From the NCBI GenBank assembly GCA_009103225.1, contig RHPI01003169.1, positions 1 to 64,000 of the forward strand: DNA of 64,000 bases, given 5' to 3'. Source of the DNA: Chlorokybus atmophyticus (lineage: Eukaryota; Plantae; Mesostigma and Chlorokybus algae). This document shows positions 10,851-25,249 of the stretch, piece by piece. How positions within the stretch are numbered: the first letter of the stretch is position 1; each line of letters starts with the position of its first letter. The translations under genes and the position numbers were made by a program. Under the pieces are notes generated by a model. It made no database searches, was not told where the DNA came from, and saw only the letters and a list, made by a program, of their open reading frames with translations.

Positions 10851-13800
10851 ATGTTTGGATCGCCACTTGCAGGTTCTGCTCGAGCAACTCCATCTGTGGC
10901 AGAGCCACAAAAACCAGCTGGCGAGAAGCCTTCAGCAGAAGTGCCACCCGCAAAGCAACTGGCAACCAACGAGGAGGTGCATGCCGAGCCGACTAGGTCA
11001 AGCGCCATTGTACATCCTGCCGAGAGCACTACTGTTGGAGCTGATGCAGATGGACAAGCTGAAGACGAACGGGCAACCACAAGCGGTACAAGCGATGGGC
11101 CGCTTGCCTTGGCTGCAGGCGTGCTGTCCATTGTTGTGTTTGGTGCAAGTGGCGATTTGGCAAAGAAGAAGACTTACCCTGCATTGCTGGCGCTGTACAA
11201 AACAAGTCGCTTGCCTGCCAAGACTCAGATTATCGGTAAGCTTGAAACCGTATCCTTCAGGGCAGCAATGTTGTCAACACGGATGTAAGGGGCTGTGTCT
11301 GATAGCATTAACCACACGGCAGGGTATGCACGGACTACAATGACAGACACCGAACTTCGCCACAAGCTGCGTTCTTCACTGGTCCCCTCAAGTGCAACCG
11401 ATCACGGGGCGAAGCTTGGACCCAGCTTGGAGAGTTTTTTGAACTGTTGCTATTACATGTCAGGAGCATATGATAAGCCTGAAGGGTTTGCGGACTTGGC
11501 AGATATGCTGGTAAGCAATTAGCATCCTTGAATAGGCTTAGCGTGTTCTCTGTGCCCCCTTATCACTGTAGTGGTCGTTTGCAGGCTGAGTTTGAGAAGA
11601 AGCATGGTGCACAGTCCGCGCCCCGCCGCCTCTTCTACCTGGCTCTCCCTCCCTCTGCTTATCGTGAGGTGTCTTAAGTTACAGCTGCGAGTTGGCGTTG
11701 TGGCAGTAGCTGTTAACATTCTCTACGTGATAGGTCGCTGCTGGCATCAAGGAGCGTGCCATGGGTGACGGTATGTGCAAGCATGAGCTGGCTTGGCTTA
11801 TGCGACACTCACATATATATGGAACGTTCTTCTGCTTGCATGCTGCGACCACGCAGTGAATGCATGCTTAGCAACGTATACTGCTCACATCCTTGCCTTA
11901 CGCAGAGAGCTCCGGGGGCTGGAACCGCATTGTCCTTGAGAAGCCTTTTGGGCGCAACACGGAGTCGTCTGATGAGCTGTCACACGCTCTACAGCAGTTG
12001 TTCCTTGAAAAGCACCTGTACCGGATTGACCACTTCTTGGGCAAAGAGATTGTCCTGAATTTGGTAAGCTCACACACAGTTGATTGTGCTAGCTGACCGG
12101 CTTGCCAGGCTATATACTGACGGCGAGTTGTTGGCCCGCAGTTAGTGTTGCGCTTTGCAAACACAACTTTCGGCCCGCTGTTTCATCGACAACACGTCAG
12201 CACTGTGCAGGTTTGCCACTTGTTGTGTTGACATCTTGTGCATCACGCATATGACGTTGAGTGTACAGATCACCATGAAAGAAACGCTTAGCACGACAGG
12301 GCGCGCCGGTTACTTTGATAACTACGGGTACATAGCATGCTGTCCACTGCTTCTGTGATACCCTGGGCTAGTATGCAATCTAATGTTGGGTTTGTTGTGC
12401 AGGATCATACGGGACATCATGCAGAACCACCTAATGCAAGTTCTTTCTTTGCTGGCGATGGAAGTCCCAGCGACACTATCTGCTGATGACATACGGGACA
12501 ACAAACTCAAGGTGCTGTTTGTGTACCATGCCTGTTACACCACAGCAGCGTCGTGCAGTCATTTTTATTCTGTGGGATGATACCATATCTAGCTGTAGTC
12601 GTGTACTAGTTACACAGGTATGCGCATTCATGTTGACTACACCCATACACATGTGGTTGCAGCCGCAATCGCATTCGTCAAATGATGCATTTTATCAATG
12701 ATTGATTGTGTGGAGCCTCTTCGCAACTCTGTGCAATCGTGCAGCCTGGTGCATTCACGCTGTTGCCCACGATGGTGACAGACTACTATAGGCTAGCGTT
12801 TGTGGTGAGACAGACCATTTCGTGTAGTCCAGCTTATGGGATGGGAGGTTTTGCTGAACACGAGTGTCATGGGCATAACGACCAGGATGTAGTCCTTCAG
12901 GCCTAAGCTTGCACCGCCACTTCCAGTGGCTAGCAGATGCTTTTCCTGTTCTGTGCATTACACGTGCATACTCATCATCAGCGTGCATTGCGTCAGGTGT
13001 TGAGGCAGCTTGCACCCATCAGAGTTGAAGACACTGTTATAGGGCAGTACACCTCCAACCCTGAGGATCCGGAAAAGACGCCCGGCTACACGGATGAACC
13101 TGATGTGCCAGACGGATCATCAACTCCGACATTCGCAGTCTGTGTTATGTACATTAACAATGACCGCTGGTCTGGTAAGCAATGGTGTCGCAGCTACCGA
13201 TTGGTGATCCACCTGACCTTGACACCTGCGTATGTAAAGTTGCATGTGTGGGACTAAGTCAGTGCATATCAACGCACTTCTTGTCGTTGACTCCTCTTAC
13301 TCTGTGTCAGGCGTGCCATTCGTGATGAAGGCTGCCAAGGGTGTGGAAGATAACTTACAAGTGGTGCGCATACAGTTCAAGGACTGTGCAAACGTTCTCT
13401 TTCCGGAAGTCAAAGTGCATGCACGCAATGAGCTTGTGATGCGGTTGCAGCCAGATGAAGCCATCTACACGAAAGTCAACGTGAGTTGCCACCCAATAGC
13501 TTGCACACAGATACGACCAACCAGCACAAACACCTCCAGTGTTAATGCACCTGCCTTGCATTCATCTTGTCTGCAACGTATGGTTCAGTTAAACGGGTGT
13601 TTTGTATGAACATCTTCTGATGTGCTTAACTGCAGGTGCGCGAGCCTGGCGCACTGGGAGTCAAGATACTGCAAACAGAGTTGGACCTGACGTACCATGG
13701 ACGCTTTCAGACCCCCTACATACCTCAAGCGTATGAGAGGCTAATATATGACGTTATTCAGGGAGACCAGACCCATTTTGTGCGATCTGATGAGCTAAGA

Positions 13801-14250
13801 CGGGTATGCAAGCTGTTGGCTATCTGAATGATGAATGCAGCGCATAAAGTGGTTTAGGAAATTGTGCATTCTGCAGCCCATATGCCGCTTCGGCGGCTAG
13901 CAATGAACGCATGTGTGGTGATATCTTAGTGCCCAATATATGGTTGTATCAGAGCTCTTACTAACACTTGTCACTGGTGCATGGCTTGGCAGGCATGGGA
14001 GATCTTCATGCCGGTGCTGACCGCAATTGACAAGAGGGAAATGGCGATGCACAAGTATCCGTTTGGAACAAGAGGGCCCGCGGTGGCAGATGCGCTCATC
14101 CAAAGCACGGGCTATGCGCGATCTGCAAACTACAGCTGGCCTGGTCCAATCGGTATGTTCAGTTGCTGTTGTTTGTACTTGAAGAGTGCAACATGTGGTG
14201 TATGGTTCAGCAGACCGCAGTGCAAACTCACAAGGCAATGTCTGTCCTGA
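10851..14250 (+). CDS. G6PD: Glucose-6-phosphate dehydrogenase, cytosolic type, copy 1 (multi-exon; ends approximate)
   Basis: [60 protein letters not shown]|[50 protein letters not shown], with GT-AG introns. Confidence 0.93.
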
Positions 14251-15632
14251 TGCAGGCAAGCTGTGAAAATTACGCAAGAGGTAATCGTGCGTGCGCACCA
14301 TGGCAGCGTCCGTGCGTAAGCAGTGTCTTTTTGTAGAAACAGAGCAACCATCGCATTTGCATGTAAATACCTTACTGCGCTCGCTACGTAATACAAGCAA
14401 AGGGACCTGGGTTGTTGGACAGCGCTGGTCACTGTCAATTTATCGTCATAACTTGTATAGAACAATCGGCAGCAACCGCCTGTCCATTTTACCCCTTTAC
14501 CTAGAGCCTTTGTGCAAGACTGGATGTGTACAGAAAACCAACGACGCTATCGCATGCAATAGTGCGTCACACACGTTGGTACATGATACACAAAACACGC
14601 CAACAACACACATACTTATCTAAGTACTTTACACGTTCGACCACCAGGCTACCTACTGCACTAACTTCACAACTACCCCACCCTGTTAGACATGCAAGCG
14701 CAGTCATGGTTACCTGCACCATGGGTGGTCAGCGGCCAATCCTGACAACAGCAGCAGCAACCGACTCAACCGACTCCCCCCTCGCCTCCGCCCACATCAC
14801 CGCCTCCACGCCTTCTGTCGTGCACCCTGCCGAGTGTATGTGTGCTTGGCTGGCTTAATTCAGTTGGGCTACGTATAACAAGGCTCTGCATTCCGGCAGA
14901 CCCTGCCCCAGAATGTTATCTTTGTGATGTCAAACGCAAGCTTACAGAGTTGTCAACCCATGGTACGCATGACACGATTTGGACAAGCAAACAGACACTC
15001 TCGGTATAGTACATAGGCAAAGAACGTTCTAAGGCTCTAACAACGACATAGGCAAACACAATGTTCAACAACCCCAATCACAACATTCCACACACCACAC
15101 TATGGCACAGCTAGTATATATATGCGCAAGTGAGTGTTGGCCCACATGAGCGTTTCATGTCATTCGTACCATGGCGAGTACTGAGTGAAGCAGTTGTACA
15201 CAAGTACATGCCATACAACATACAACAGCAATGCCACTTCTTGGATGTGAGCACTTGGATGAGCGCTTATTTTGTGCTGCGGCCAATTGCAAGCAAAACA
15301 GCACATTGCGTCACAGCAACGAGGAGGGGTGAGGGGTACAAGGAGCACGGGCTATACAGATCTATTGACAAGCTTGTTTGAATGCAACCAATCGACAGTC
15401 TGCAATTGTACAAATTGACAAACAGGATCATCCCCGCTTATGCACAGCTGTCAGCATCCGCATAACGGCATGCCTCATCATCTTCCACCTCAAACAGGCA
15501 AATCTGCGACAACAACAAAATTGCATGAGCCTCACATGCCAGAGTGTCAAGACCAAACTCCGAGCAGATTATGAGCATTATAATAATGAAATAGTGTACC
15601 TAAGGCATATCAAATGCAGCCACGTTGAACCT

Positions 15633-18600
15633 TCAGCATTGCGGGCGCTGCCACTGGTAGTTCTTCGTTAGCATGTATCCAGTGGACTGAATGAGCTCAT
15701 CTCCCTCTTTCGGTCCCCGGCTGCCAAACTCATACTTGCGCACAGGCAGCTTGCCAGCTTCAATGTCTTTCAACAATGGGGTGAATATCTCCCATGCCTG
15801 CACGTATCAAAGCATGAAGTTATGGGCTCAGTTGTGCCTGAAAGAAGCAAGTGGCAACGGGGGTAAAGTAATGGATTGAATGGCTGATACTGAAAACACA
15901 TGCAATGACGTGCCCTTGACTGTTGTTAACCTATGTGCTGCTCGCAGCCTTTGTGACTGCTGCCCACGCCCTTGCATCCAAAAGGCAGCTTGGCATGACA
16001 TCCAGCTTGAACAAGTTGCACAAATGAGTTGCGTACCCGTTTGAGCTCATCGCTGCGCACAAAGTGGGTCTGATCACCCTGAATGACATCGAAAATGAGA
16101 CGCTCGTAAGCTTGTGGGATGTACGGTTTATGAAAGCGGCCCTTGTATGACAGATCCAACTCCGTCTGCAAGACCTCAACTCCCAAAGCACCAGGCTTCC
16201 GCACCTGTGTGGTACATTACACGCACACCGGTGAGTGTCAAACGTAGGACACAGATATCAACCCTGCCCTGTTGTTCTGCGTGCTCACATTCGTCTTGAT
16301 ATAAATAGCCTCATCTGGTTGCAACCTCATAACAAGCTCGTTGCGGGATGAGCCCTTAATATCAGGGAACAACCCGTTGCTGGGGTCCTTGAACTGGATG
16401 CGGACAACTTGCTTGTTTTCGTCAACTGCTTTGGCCGCCTTCATCACAAACGGCACACCTGCAAAGACAAAAAGAGATTGACCAACCATATGCACTACTT
16501 GCCCTATCAAAGAGGTAAAGGAGGAAATGTGTATATTCACACTCATAACTCACCTGCCCAGCGCTCATTGTTGATGTACATAACGCACACGGCATATGTT
16601 GGTGTTTTTGACCCTTCAGGGACATCCTTCTCCTCCGCGTAACCGGGAGTTGCTTTGGGATCCTTCGGATCCGCTGTGTACTGCCCGATGACCACGTCTT
16701 TGATATCAATTGGGGGAATGTGGCGCAAAACCTGTCAAACGTGTGTTCACACTTGTTGTGTCAAAAGTGAGCAACCATACTAATGCAGCACTAAACAAGG
16801 GTACAAGGTGCATGACTACCTTTGTCTTCTCATCACGAATGTCGTCCGCAGAGAGTGTAACTGGGGGCTCCATGGCGAGGAGCGCCAGAACTTGTATCAA
16901 GTGGTTCTGCATGATGTCGCGGATGATTCTGCCAATCATGCGGATGCATGAGCAATACACGTCTGTGCCACAACCACACAACATCAATACAGGTGTGTCT
17001 GGGAGTGTTAGTAGGTACTCACCCATAGCTGTCAAAGTAGCCCGCACGGCCCGCCGTGCTAAGGGTTTCCTTGAAGGTAATCTACGCAGGCATGTGTTAA
17101 GGGTCAGAGATTTGCCAAAGTGCTGGACATTTCCTATCACCCAACTCTTTTGCGGAATAACATCTTATTGGCTGCTGACTTGGCTGCATGCTAACAGCCA
17201 TCCAGAGCTGGACATGGACAAGCAACTGAATACGCGCAAGCCTACTTGCATATTGAGTGTTTCCTTATTGGGTTACAGCGGCTCAGTTCTAGCTGCACCT
17301 GTACCTAAAACCATACCTGAACATTGCTGACATTTTCCCTGTTGAATAGCGGGCTGAATATCACGTTCGCAAAGCGCAACACAAGCTGCACAACACAGTG
17401 GAGGCATAAGTAGTTTTTTTTTTTACAACACAGTGGAGGCATCAGTTGATCAGTCAAGACAACGCCACCTTACACAAATAAAGTTGTACCATGACACGTT
17501 ATATCTTTATGAGCTCCTTGCGCGCATGTGTGCATACACATATACACGCACACACGCGTACAGCACCACACTTGTTAACCCACCAGGTTGAGAACAATCT
17601 CTTTGCCGAGGAAGTGATCAATGCGGTACATCTGCTTCTCCTCAAACAGGTTCTGCAACGCTTGCGACAGCTCTTCCGAGGACTCCGTGTCGCGCCCAAA
17701 AGGCTTCTCCAGCACGACACGGTTCCACCCGCCACTGCTCTCTGCAAGTCCAACCGCAAGTAAAGACAGTTGTAGCCTCACTATGACTTGCGCTGAAACA
17801 CTTCAGCTATGCGAATGCTTACCGTCCACCATAGTGTGGTCATGCACTCCTTGAGCAACCTGCAGACAGGGAGGTTGCATTCCTGGTAAGGTGATGCCAT
17901 ACATGTGTGATGTTGTTGTTACCATCGCTATGCGGGTGTTGCTCCATCCTGTTACTGGTACAACGACAACCCTATTTGCTGTTGCGCAATGCCAACAAAC
18001 ATGTTACCTCAGGATAAGATGAAGGTGGAAGAGCAAAGTAGAACAGCCTCCTCGGTGGTGAGTCTTTCTGTTTCTGCTCAAACTCTCCCTGCGCATGCGC
18101 ACGCATTGGTACTTAACAACATACTTGCAAACCAGATGATTACTCGAGCTTGCCATCATCACCTTACCAGTTTTTCTGCGAGTTTTTGAAACCCTTCAGG
18201 CTTGTCATAGGGCCCGGCAATGTAGAAGCACGTCTCCAAGAAGCTTTCCACGCTCGGCCCTGAGGTAGCGCCTCGCTCATTCTGGTCGGCGCCTTTCGGC
18301 TCAAGCGCGGTCCTCATCTTCTTGCGAAGTTCTTCATCGGTGAGTTGTGACCGCGCATAACCTGGATACAAACGTACACATCAATCAAACCTGGCACTCC
18401 CATGCAGCATAGCTGTACATGATACGCCATGAATCGGTCTTCGACTGCTATATCCATTAGCTGCAGTGCACGGTTACGCATTGCAGTTTTGCGTGCCATA
18501 GCTACAGAGCACCGTAAGCTGCCAATGCACTGAATTCCTGATGTTATATTATTCATGCGCATGAACATCACATGTACCAACGCACACAATGCAAAGACTT

Positions 18601-18795
18601 CTTGATATGTATGTATGGCGTACCGACAATCTGGGTGTTGGAAGGCAGGCGGCCGGTTTTGTAGAGCGCGAAGAGTGCGGGATATGTTTTCTTCTTTGCT
18701 AGGTCGCCACTCGCCCCAAATACAACGATGGAGAGCAACCCGCCATCTTGCTGGACCTTTGGCGAGGACTCCTGGCTTGCTGAGCCGTCCGCCAT
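15633..18795 (-). CDS. G6PD: Glucose-6-phosphate dehydrogenase, cytosolic type, copy 2 (multi-exon; an upstream exon at ~19312-19445 is possible)
   Basis: Same motif series on the minus strand: [82 protein letters not shown] at 15633-15635. Confidence 0.93.
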
Positions 18796-20401
18796 GCCTG
18801 CCTCCTGCCAGGCAATGCAAGCTGTAATGGTTGAGCTTAACGTTCTACACGAACAAGCTTTATGCAGTGCCATGCGCCAGCTGCACTGTGCGGCTGGCGC
18901 ATAGCACTGCATGCAGTTATTGATGGCTTGTAGTAGTGGGGTTGTGCTTGGGTGTGCACATCTCAACTGCGTAAACATAGTTGAAGTGCTGTTGAGTGGT
19001 CTACAGCGACAAAGAAAACAGAACAGTCACATGCATAGAAAGCAGATCACAAGGCTCCGCGCGATGTTTGTTGTTCGACCATTAGCAGGACAAGCATGCC
19101 CGGTTGGTGGACAAGCATGCTAGCTTGAGTTTGCTGTTGATGACGCTGATAATGATAACGAACAGGGCAAATTAGGAAGCAAGAGGGCACGCATGAAAGT
19201 CATCCAAACCCTCGTGCAGTCAACAAAGCAGCTGAGCTCACAACTCCACCGACATGTTGGGCACAGCTTGTTCTGTCAACAGACAACAACCAGCAAGCGC
19301 CCTGACAGCTTACCTGCGCCCCTAGCGGCACTGGCCTTTCAGCAGAAGCTGGGGAGCACGCAACACAGCCACTGACACCGACACCGCCCACAACGACAAC
19401 CACAGCAAGCAGGGCGACGTCGCTGCTACTGGCACAGTGCCCCAAACTGGAGTTACTTAGAGATCGGTCAGATCTGACCTGGAAGTTGCCCAGGCGATTG
19501 CGGAGTCAAGCGGGCGGTTTTGCAGTTAACATTAGAGATGCAGCAAGTATTGCGGTTAAGTGCTGCCTCTGTGGATCTTGACCGTCGACGTCGACGCTTG
19601 ATGGCCCAGCAGCAGGGAACAGGGAGTTCATGTCGGTGAGGATCTCCTGTCGGCGTCATCTGACATGGTGCAACCAAACCTTTTTTTCGCTTGCGCTTGC
19701 TAACAGCCAACTTGTTGCTCACATGCAGGCAATGGTTGCCAACAGTGTGAGCAATTACTTACGACCAATCAGCTTTTGTTGAAAACAATCAACTAAATGG
19801 CAACGTTGTTACGTTATGTATTCTTGGATATTATGACGATGTTGACTAAATGACAAAACATTATTGCATGAAGATTGCAAGGGAATGTAAAAAGGAATGC
19901 TACGTCGCGCTTAGTAGACATTGTTCATTGTTGAGTTTGAATTGAGACATGTCCACCACGAGCTTGACATGCTTGCAAGTTTGACTTGAAAGTCGTGCAA
20001 AATGTGCATTTAGCCTGCAATGATACTGTATTTGCGGTTTTCATGCAAGTCTGTGTGCAGATGTGGTGCATGTGCATGCAATGCGCGTGGCATACGCTCA
20101 TGTGTGATTGTAAGTTACAACCGTACCATTAGCATAATAAGCAGCCCCTATGAGTCGCCCGCCACACTCATCAAAAGACATACAACCAGCAACAAGCCAT
20201 GCCATACCATTCTACTTTTATACTGCGCGACCTGCAATGCATAGGCCACCCGCAGTATGCTGTAGCTGAACAATGCCAGAGTGCCACTGTGGCACTGCCA
20301 CTGTAGCACAGCCCCAGTCAATGCATGTGAACCCAGTATTGACAGTACAACGCAAGGATTGTCTGTGTTAAAGTGTAAAATGGTTATCCAAAAAGGGTAT
20401 T

Positions 20402-23400
20402 CTAAGCGGTTTTCAGCTTGGTGTCCGCCAGGTCTGAAAGTGCCTTGTGACCAAAGATCGCAGTGATGACTCCCAACACGAGCAAAATTGGCAAGGTTTG
20501 CAGCAGGTTCAGCTGCGAGCATGGAGCAATAAGAGCTTGCACTCGAACACTTGATGAAGAGCCACAAGTAACATGTTCTGATGCAAAATTACACATGACA
20601 CGATTTGCCCACCTTCAACCAGAAAGCGACGTACAACAGCACAATGGAAACAATGCCCGCATGGAAACCCACAGCTCCCAAAAATGACAAGCCTGATGTT
20701 GGAAAGGCCTTGAAGTTGACACCAACGTTTGCCAGCTGCGAGATGAGTGGTAAGTGAGCAGACACTACAGCATCTGCTAAGCAGTCAACAAGCAGTTTGC
20801 ATGCCGCTAGACTCCGTCCAAGGTTTCATATGATACATCAACTTACCGCGGCTACCAGACCAAGGATGGGGATGGCCACTAGACCTGTGAACACGCTCGA
20901 GAGCCAAACGGGTGGTCGCTTTGATGGTTCCCTTTTCATATGCGCAATTCCTGGAAGCGGGCCAAGCCTGGCGGCAGCTGATTCACGATCTGGCAAGGGT
21001 GGCAAAACCGCCTCAGGTGGAGCAGCAGGAAGTGTCAAGTTCAACATTCCAAGGCGCCACCTGACAGGCCCATTGGCTGTTAATGGATAGACAATCAAGT
21101 CTATGACATAATCTTGCGCATGTGTTCCACTGGAGCTCACCGGAAAGCGTTGTCCATGTAAGTGTCACCAACCAGAAGGTCGACTGCATACGGTCCGGAG
21201 CGATATCTGAGCTTCTCAATGATCTCCATGAAGTCCAGATCCAACTGGTACACCTTCTTTTTGCCAGCTTTGTCTGTCTTAGCAATAAATATGTGAGGAT
21301 GGCCTGCTGCACTGGGTTCACCTTCAGGTGACAGAACCACGAATGCTTGCTGCGGGGCGTAGTGCGCGTTGGTGACAGCCGACTTCAGTGCAAACGCCAT
21401 CGCAAGTTTGCTTAAGTGTGAAGCCTTGAGAGGGGAATCCAGCGTACGTGGGAACTTGATTCTGGACATGACAAGTGAGAATACGTGCACACACATGCAT
21501 GCATGCACACACGCAGGTAGCACGCGTGACTAAGCACCCCGTACACACGGGTACACACATGCACACATGCACATCATGCATTGTCAATACTAACACAGCC
21601 TCCGCGCACCGATGAATGCCAGCAGGTGGTGAGCCATCTGCGTCCAGTGATGCAGCTGCCTGCTCAGCTGTCGCTCCAGATACGGAAAGCGCGACATCGG
21701 ATACGGCAACCGCGCCCGTAACCTTCAGTTTAATTGAACTGGGGCTTGCGGCAGAATACGCTTTGCTGGAGTCCAAAGGCTTAACCTGGGTATGTTACAC
21801 CGCAAGCATCAGGATGCGCATTGTAGATGCGCATGCGCATCTACAATCCATACGCTTATCATTAACACCGCAGAGGATATCGCATACCGCATCGCACTTA
21901 CATCAAGTGTTAACTGGTATGCTCCTAGCTCAAGCTTACGGTCCTTGATGTCAAGAGTGTAAACGCCATCTGCGTACGCAAGCTCCTGCAGTAATCAGGC
22001 ACACACAAAGTCATGTACCTGCACTTCTCAAAGAGAATGCTAAACTCGCCCCGATAAGCGTAGCAAGCTACCATGCCGGAGATGATAGCGTCCGCCTTCT
22101 TCTGACCGCTGCGTGCAAGTGACGTTGCGAGCAACTTGCTCTTCGGCCCTGGCTTGCCATCAACTGTAGTCAACGCCACCTGTCACATACCAGTGTATGA
22201 CATACGCAGAGCAACACGATGATTATGTAACAATGAAACAGCGATGCCTGCACAATGATATCCATGCGTGCAGAGCAACATGTACCTTGACAGTGTTGTC
22301 TTTTGTAGAAGCCAAAACGCTCTCTGTGACTTCAACGACCAATGGCACACTGATGCTGCAAAGCACACACGCACACAGCTTAGGCAAAACTGGCAGCATC
22401 CCGGCCAGACGGACCATGGCTGCAAGAGTACCTATTATCTGAAAGGATGGTGATGCCGTCGATGAGGTAGAAGGCTTCCTGCAGTGTGGCCACTGGACTG
22501 CTGTCAACCAGGAAGCCAGCAACCGCACGCAACCTTTCTTGCGGGGCCTGTGCGTGCGAAACAACTCAGCATGAGAACACACGATCTGCATTTGCAGCCT
22601 GCCAACAACAAGTACCCCAGAAGAAAGCCCATTTGGTAACGCAAGATACCTTAAAAGGAGTTTTCAATGCCCATGAGATGGCTTCTACACCCCTTACAAC
22701 TTGTGCAGTAGCAACCAGATCCGCAGCATCCCCAAGAGAAGTATCGCCGGGAAACCAGGCATCACCATCCTCTATAAAAGCAGTAAATCAGCATGCTAAT
22801 CAGGGTTGTCGGTTGCAGGAGTTGCACGATACTGAAACGCACCTTGCTTGACCAAATCAAACAGCTTGGGGTTCACCATCGCCTTGATCTGCTAGGAATG
22901 CCATGACCGTCAATTGATTGAGCAGCACAGCCCTAGTACTTCGCACCACCGTGCAACACATCACCTCATCCAATAAGCTGTTGTCAGGGTGCTCCTTGCT
23001 AAGTGCAACTACATCCGCGAGCAACTGGTATGCAAGACCTGCAACAAAGGCAATGTTGTTGCAGTGATCAAGTCACAGCAAAGCACAAACGCGCTGCACA
23101 ATGCAAACAAATAACAGATCTGTTGCGCCATTCTCAGGTTGCACTGCCTCAAGCAAGTCCACGCTTACCAGCTGTGCCAGCATTGCCTTTAACACCGGCC
23201 TTATTTCTGCAGCTCCCATCCCCAGCGAAGAGTCCCTAAGACGTTTACAGCGTTACAAGTTGAAGCGACCGGTCAGCAGTCACATATGCACTAAGAAAAG
23301 AAGCTCAATACATAATGCCATGAGTTGACACCTTCAGTTTCTTGACAACGCCAGAAAGGATATCGTTGCTCACCAACCCTTTCTTCAGATGGCCTTTTGC

Positions 23401-24343
23401 CTGATTATCATACCACGTGCAGCATCAGCACGACAATGCGTGCGGCATGGGACACAAAAATCGCACAACACCATCCAATGAGCACTTGACAACTCCCAAT
23501 TATCAAGAGCCTCCTACACAACGCGTAGTACGCTCACCCACAGTGCAAACATACAATGCGCATGCGAGACAAATGGGCTTAAGTCGTGCATCTAGATCCC
23601 ACCATACATAACATGTGCAGCGACCAGACAAAGCTCCTTCACATGCTTGCAACTACGGCACATGCAAGCAACTAGTGGGCGTAGCAGTGGTGCAATGCAA
23701 CCACAAGACATCAACGCAACCCGCATCAGACCTGCAAAAGCGCCAAGGCAGAGCCTGCTTCATGCAGCTCTATGACCGTGTTGGCTTGCTGAAGGGTGGA
23801 CGTCAATTTCGACACTGCCATCTGCATGTTTGAGCATTCAGTTTTGCACATGCCAGTGTGTTTCCTTGGGCTCACAGTGGAAAGCCGCAATTTGCATTAC
23901 ACACCTCTGGAACAGACACATCCTTGCAGTGGAAGCCCTCAATGGCGCACACTGCATGGAAGATTCCCGAAACACTTCCCGCTTCACTGGCATTGACCAG
24001 TTGGTGTTTCGCATAGGTGCAAGTGATGCTAATGTCAGCTGCGGGCTCCTTCAAGGCGTCACGAAGGCCAGCGGCGTAACACGTGTCTCGCAAACTGCAG
24101 GTGAGAAAGGGGTCCAAACTGTGCAATGGCGGAAGCAAGAACCCTTGTGACATGCAAGGAGGATATTATGCGTTCCCCTCACCTGCCGTATGATCCGTCA
24201 TCGGCGGTGACCAAAGTAGACTTGGCGGCGGAATAGTCGGAGGCACTCAGGCTTCTAGCCAGTGCAGCGGAAGCTGGCTGGATTGTGCAAGACGCAAGCA
24301 GCAGCAGCGAAAGGCAGCTAACTGCAGCACACCCGACGTTCAT
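20402..24343 (-). CDS. RPN2: Oligosaccharyltransferase subunit ribophorin II (RPN2/SWP1), multi-exon
   Basis: Signal peptide MNVGCAAVSCLSLLLLAS; PQQAFVVL; SGPYAVDLLVGD; IAHMKREPSKRPPVWLSSVFTGLVAIP followed by TM segments; C-terminal dilysine-like KLKTA*. Confidence 0.85.
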
Positions 24344-25249
24344 TTTCAAGTGGTTAAGCTGGCGTTGAGCTGGGACAAGCGCATGCATGTCATGTCCGAC
24401 TGCATGCTTTCCGTCAGTTTTCATCCAACCCCAACAACCAGCTCAGTAACTACTACTCTCGAGAATAGCTTGCCAAAATCGCAATGACATAGATCCCTGA
24501 CTCCCTTTTCAAGCCGTTTGTCACGCGAAGCAGTGCACACGCAACCGATACCAGTCTCGGTACTACCAGAGAACACATCAGGCTGAACATAGGCTGCTAC
24601 CGAAGCCTTACCGCAGCCGCAATGCATGCAGTCGTATGCAGTCCACTAGCGGAGCACAAGCCCTCATTACAGCAACGTCCACGCAAAAACACCGAAAACA
24701 CTGGCGCAACGGCATGCTCTAACCGGCGACCAGCCTTACCTAAGCTTGGCCTGCTGGGCCCCATACTTAGAGCCTCAACTCCAGGCACGCGCAGCGCCGG
24801 CGACCTTCACAGCTTACACCAGTGCAACCATGCAATGCACGCTGTCCCTCGCAACAGCAGCAGGCGGTCGCCCCGGCCGCCTCCACCAACGCAGGCGGGT
24901 CTGCTGCACTAACTTAGGGCTTTGCGGTCATGTATGATAAGGCTTCGGGAGTATTGCCTGCGCCGCTAAGTCCTAATTGTAACGTTTGAGGCGTCGCTGC
25001 ATGAATGGCCGTTACAAACCCTAGCTGCGTCGATGCCTATAGTCGGCGTGCCGTCTGCTTGTACTTTGTATAAGCATACTCTAAGTGCCAGTTGACTGTC
25101 ACTGGCAAAGATCAAGTTTCAGCAATTTGCCAGTAGCGCTTTGGCGGCCTCGGCGCTGGCGCTGGCACTGGTACAGGCAAGCAGGTGGCTGTGCAGTGTA
25201 CTGGCATGCAGAGGAGTCTGGTCCCACGCAGGCGCAGCTTGTAGAGGTC

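Noticed and set aside
19200-19445. Apparent MGHC myristoylation/palmitoylation plus hydrophobic leader on G6PD copy 2
   Set aside because: The ORF-track M is a TTG codon. No ATG supports it, and the exon may be 5' UTR.
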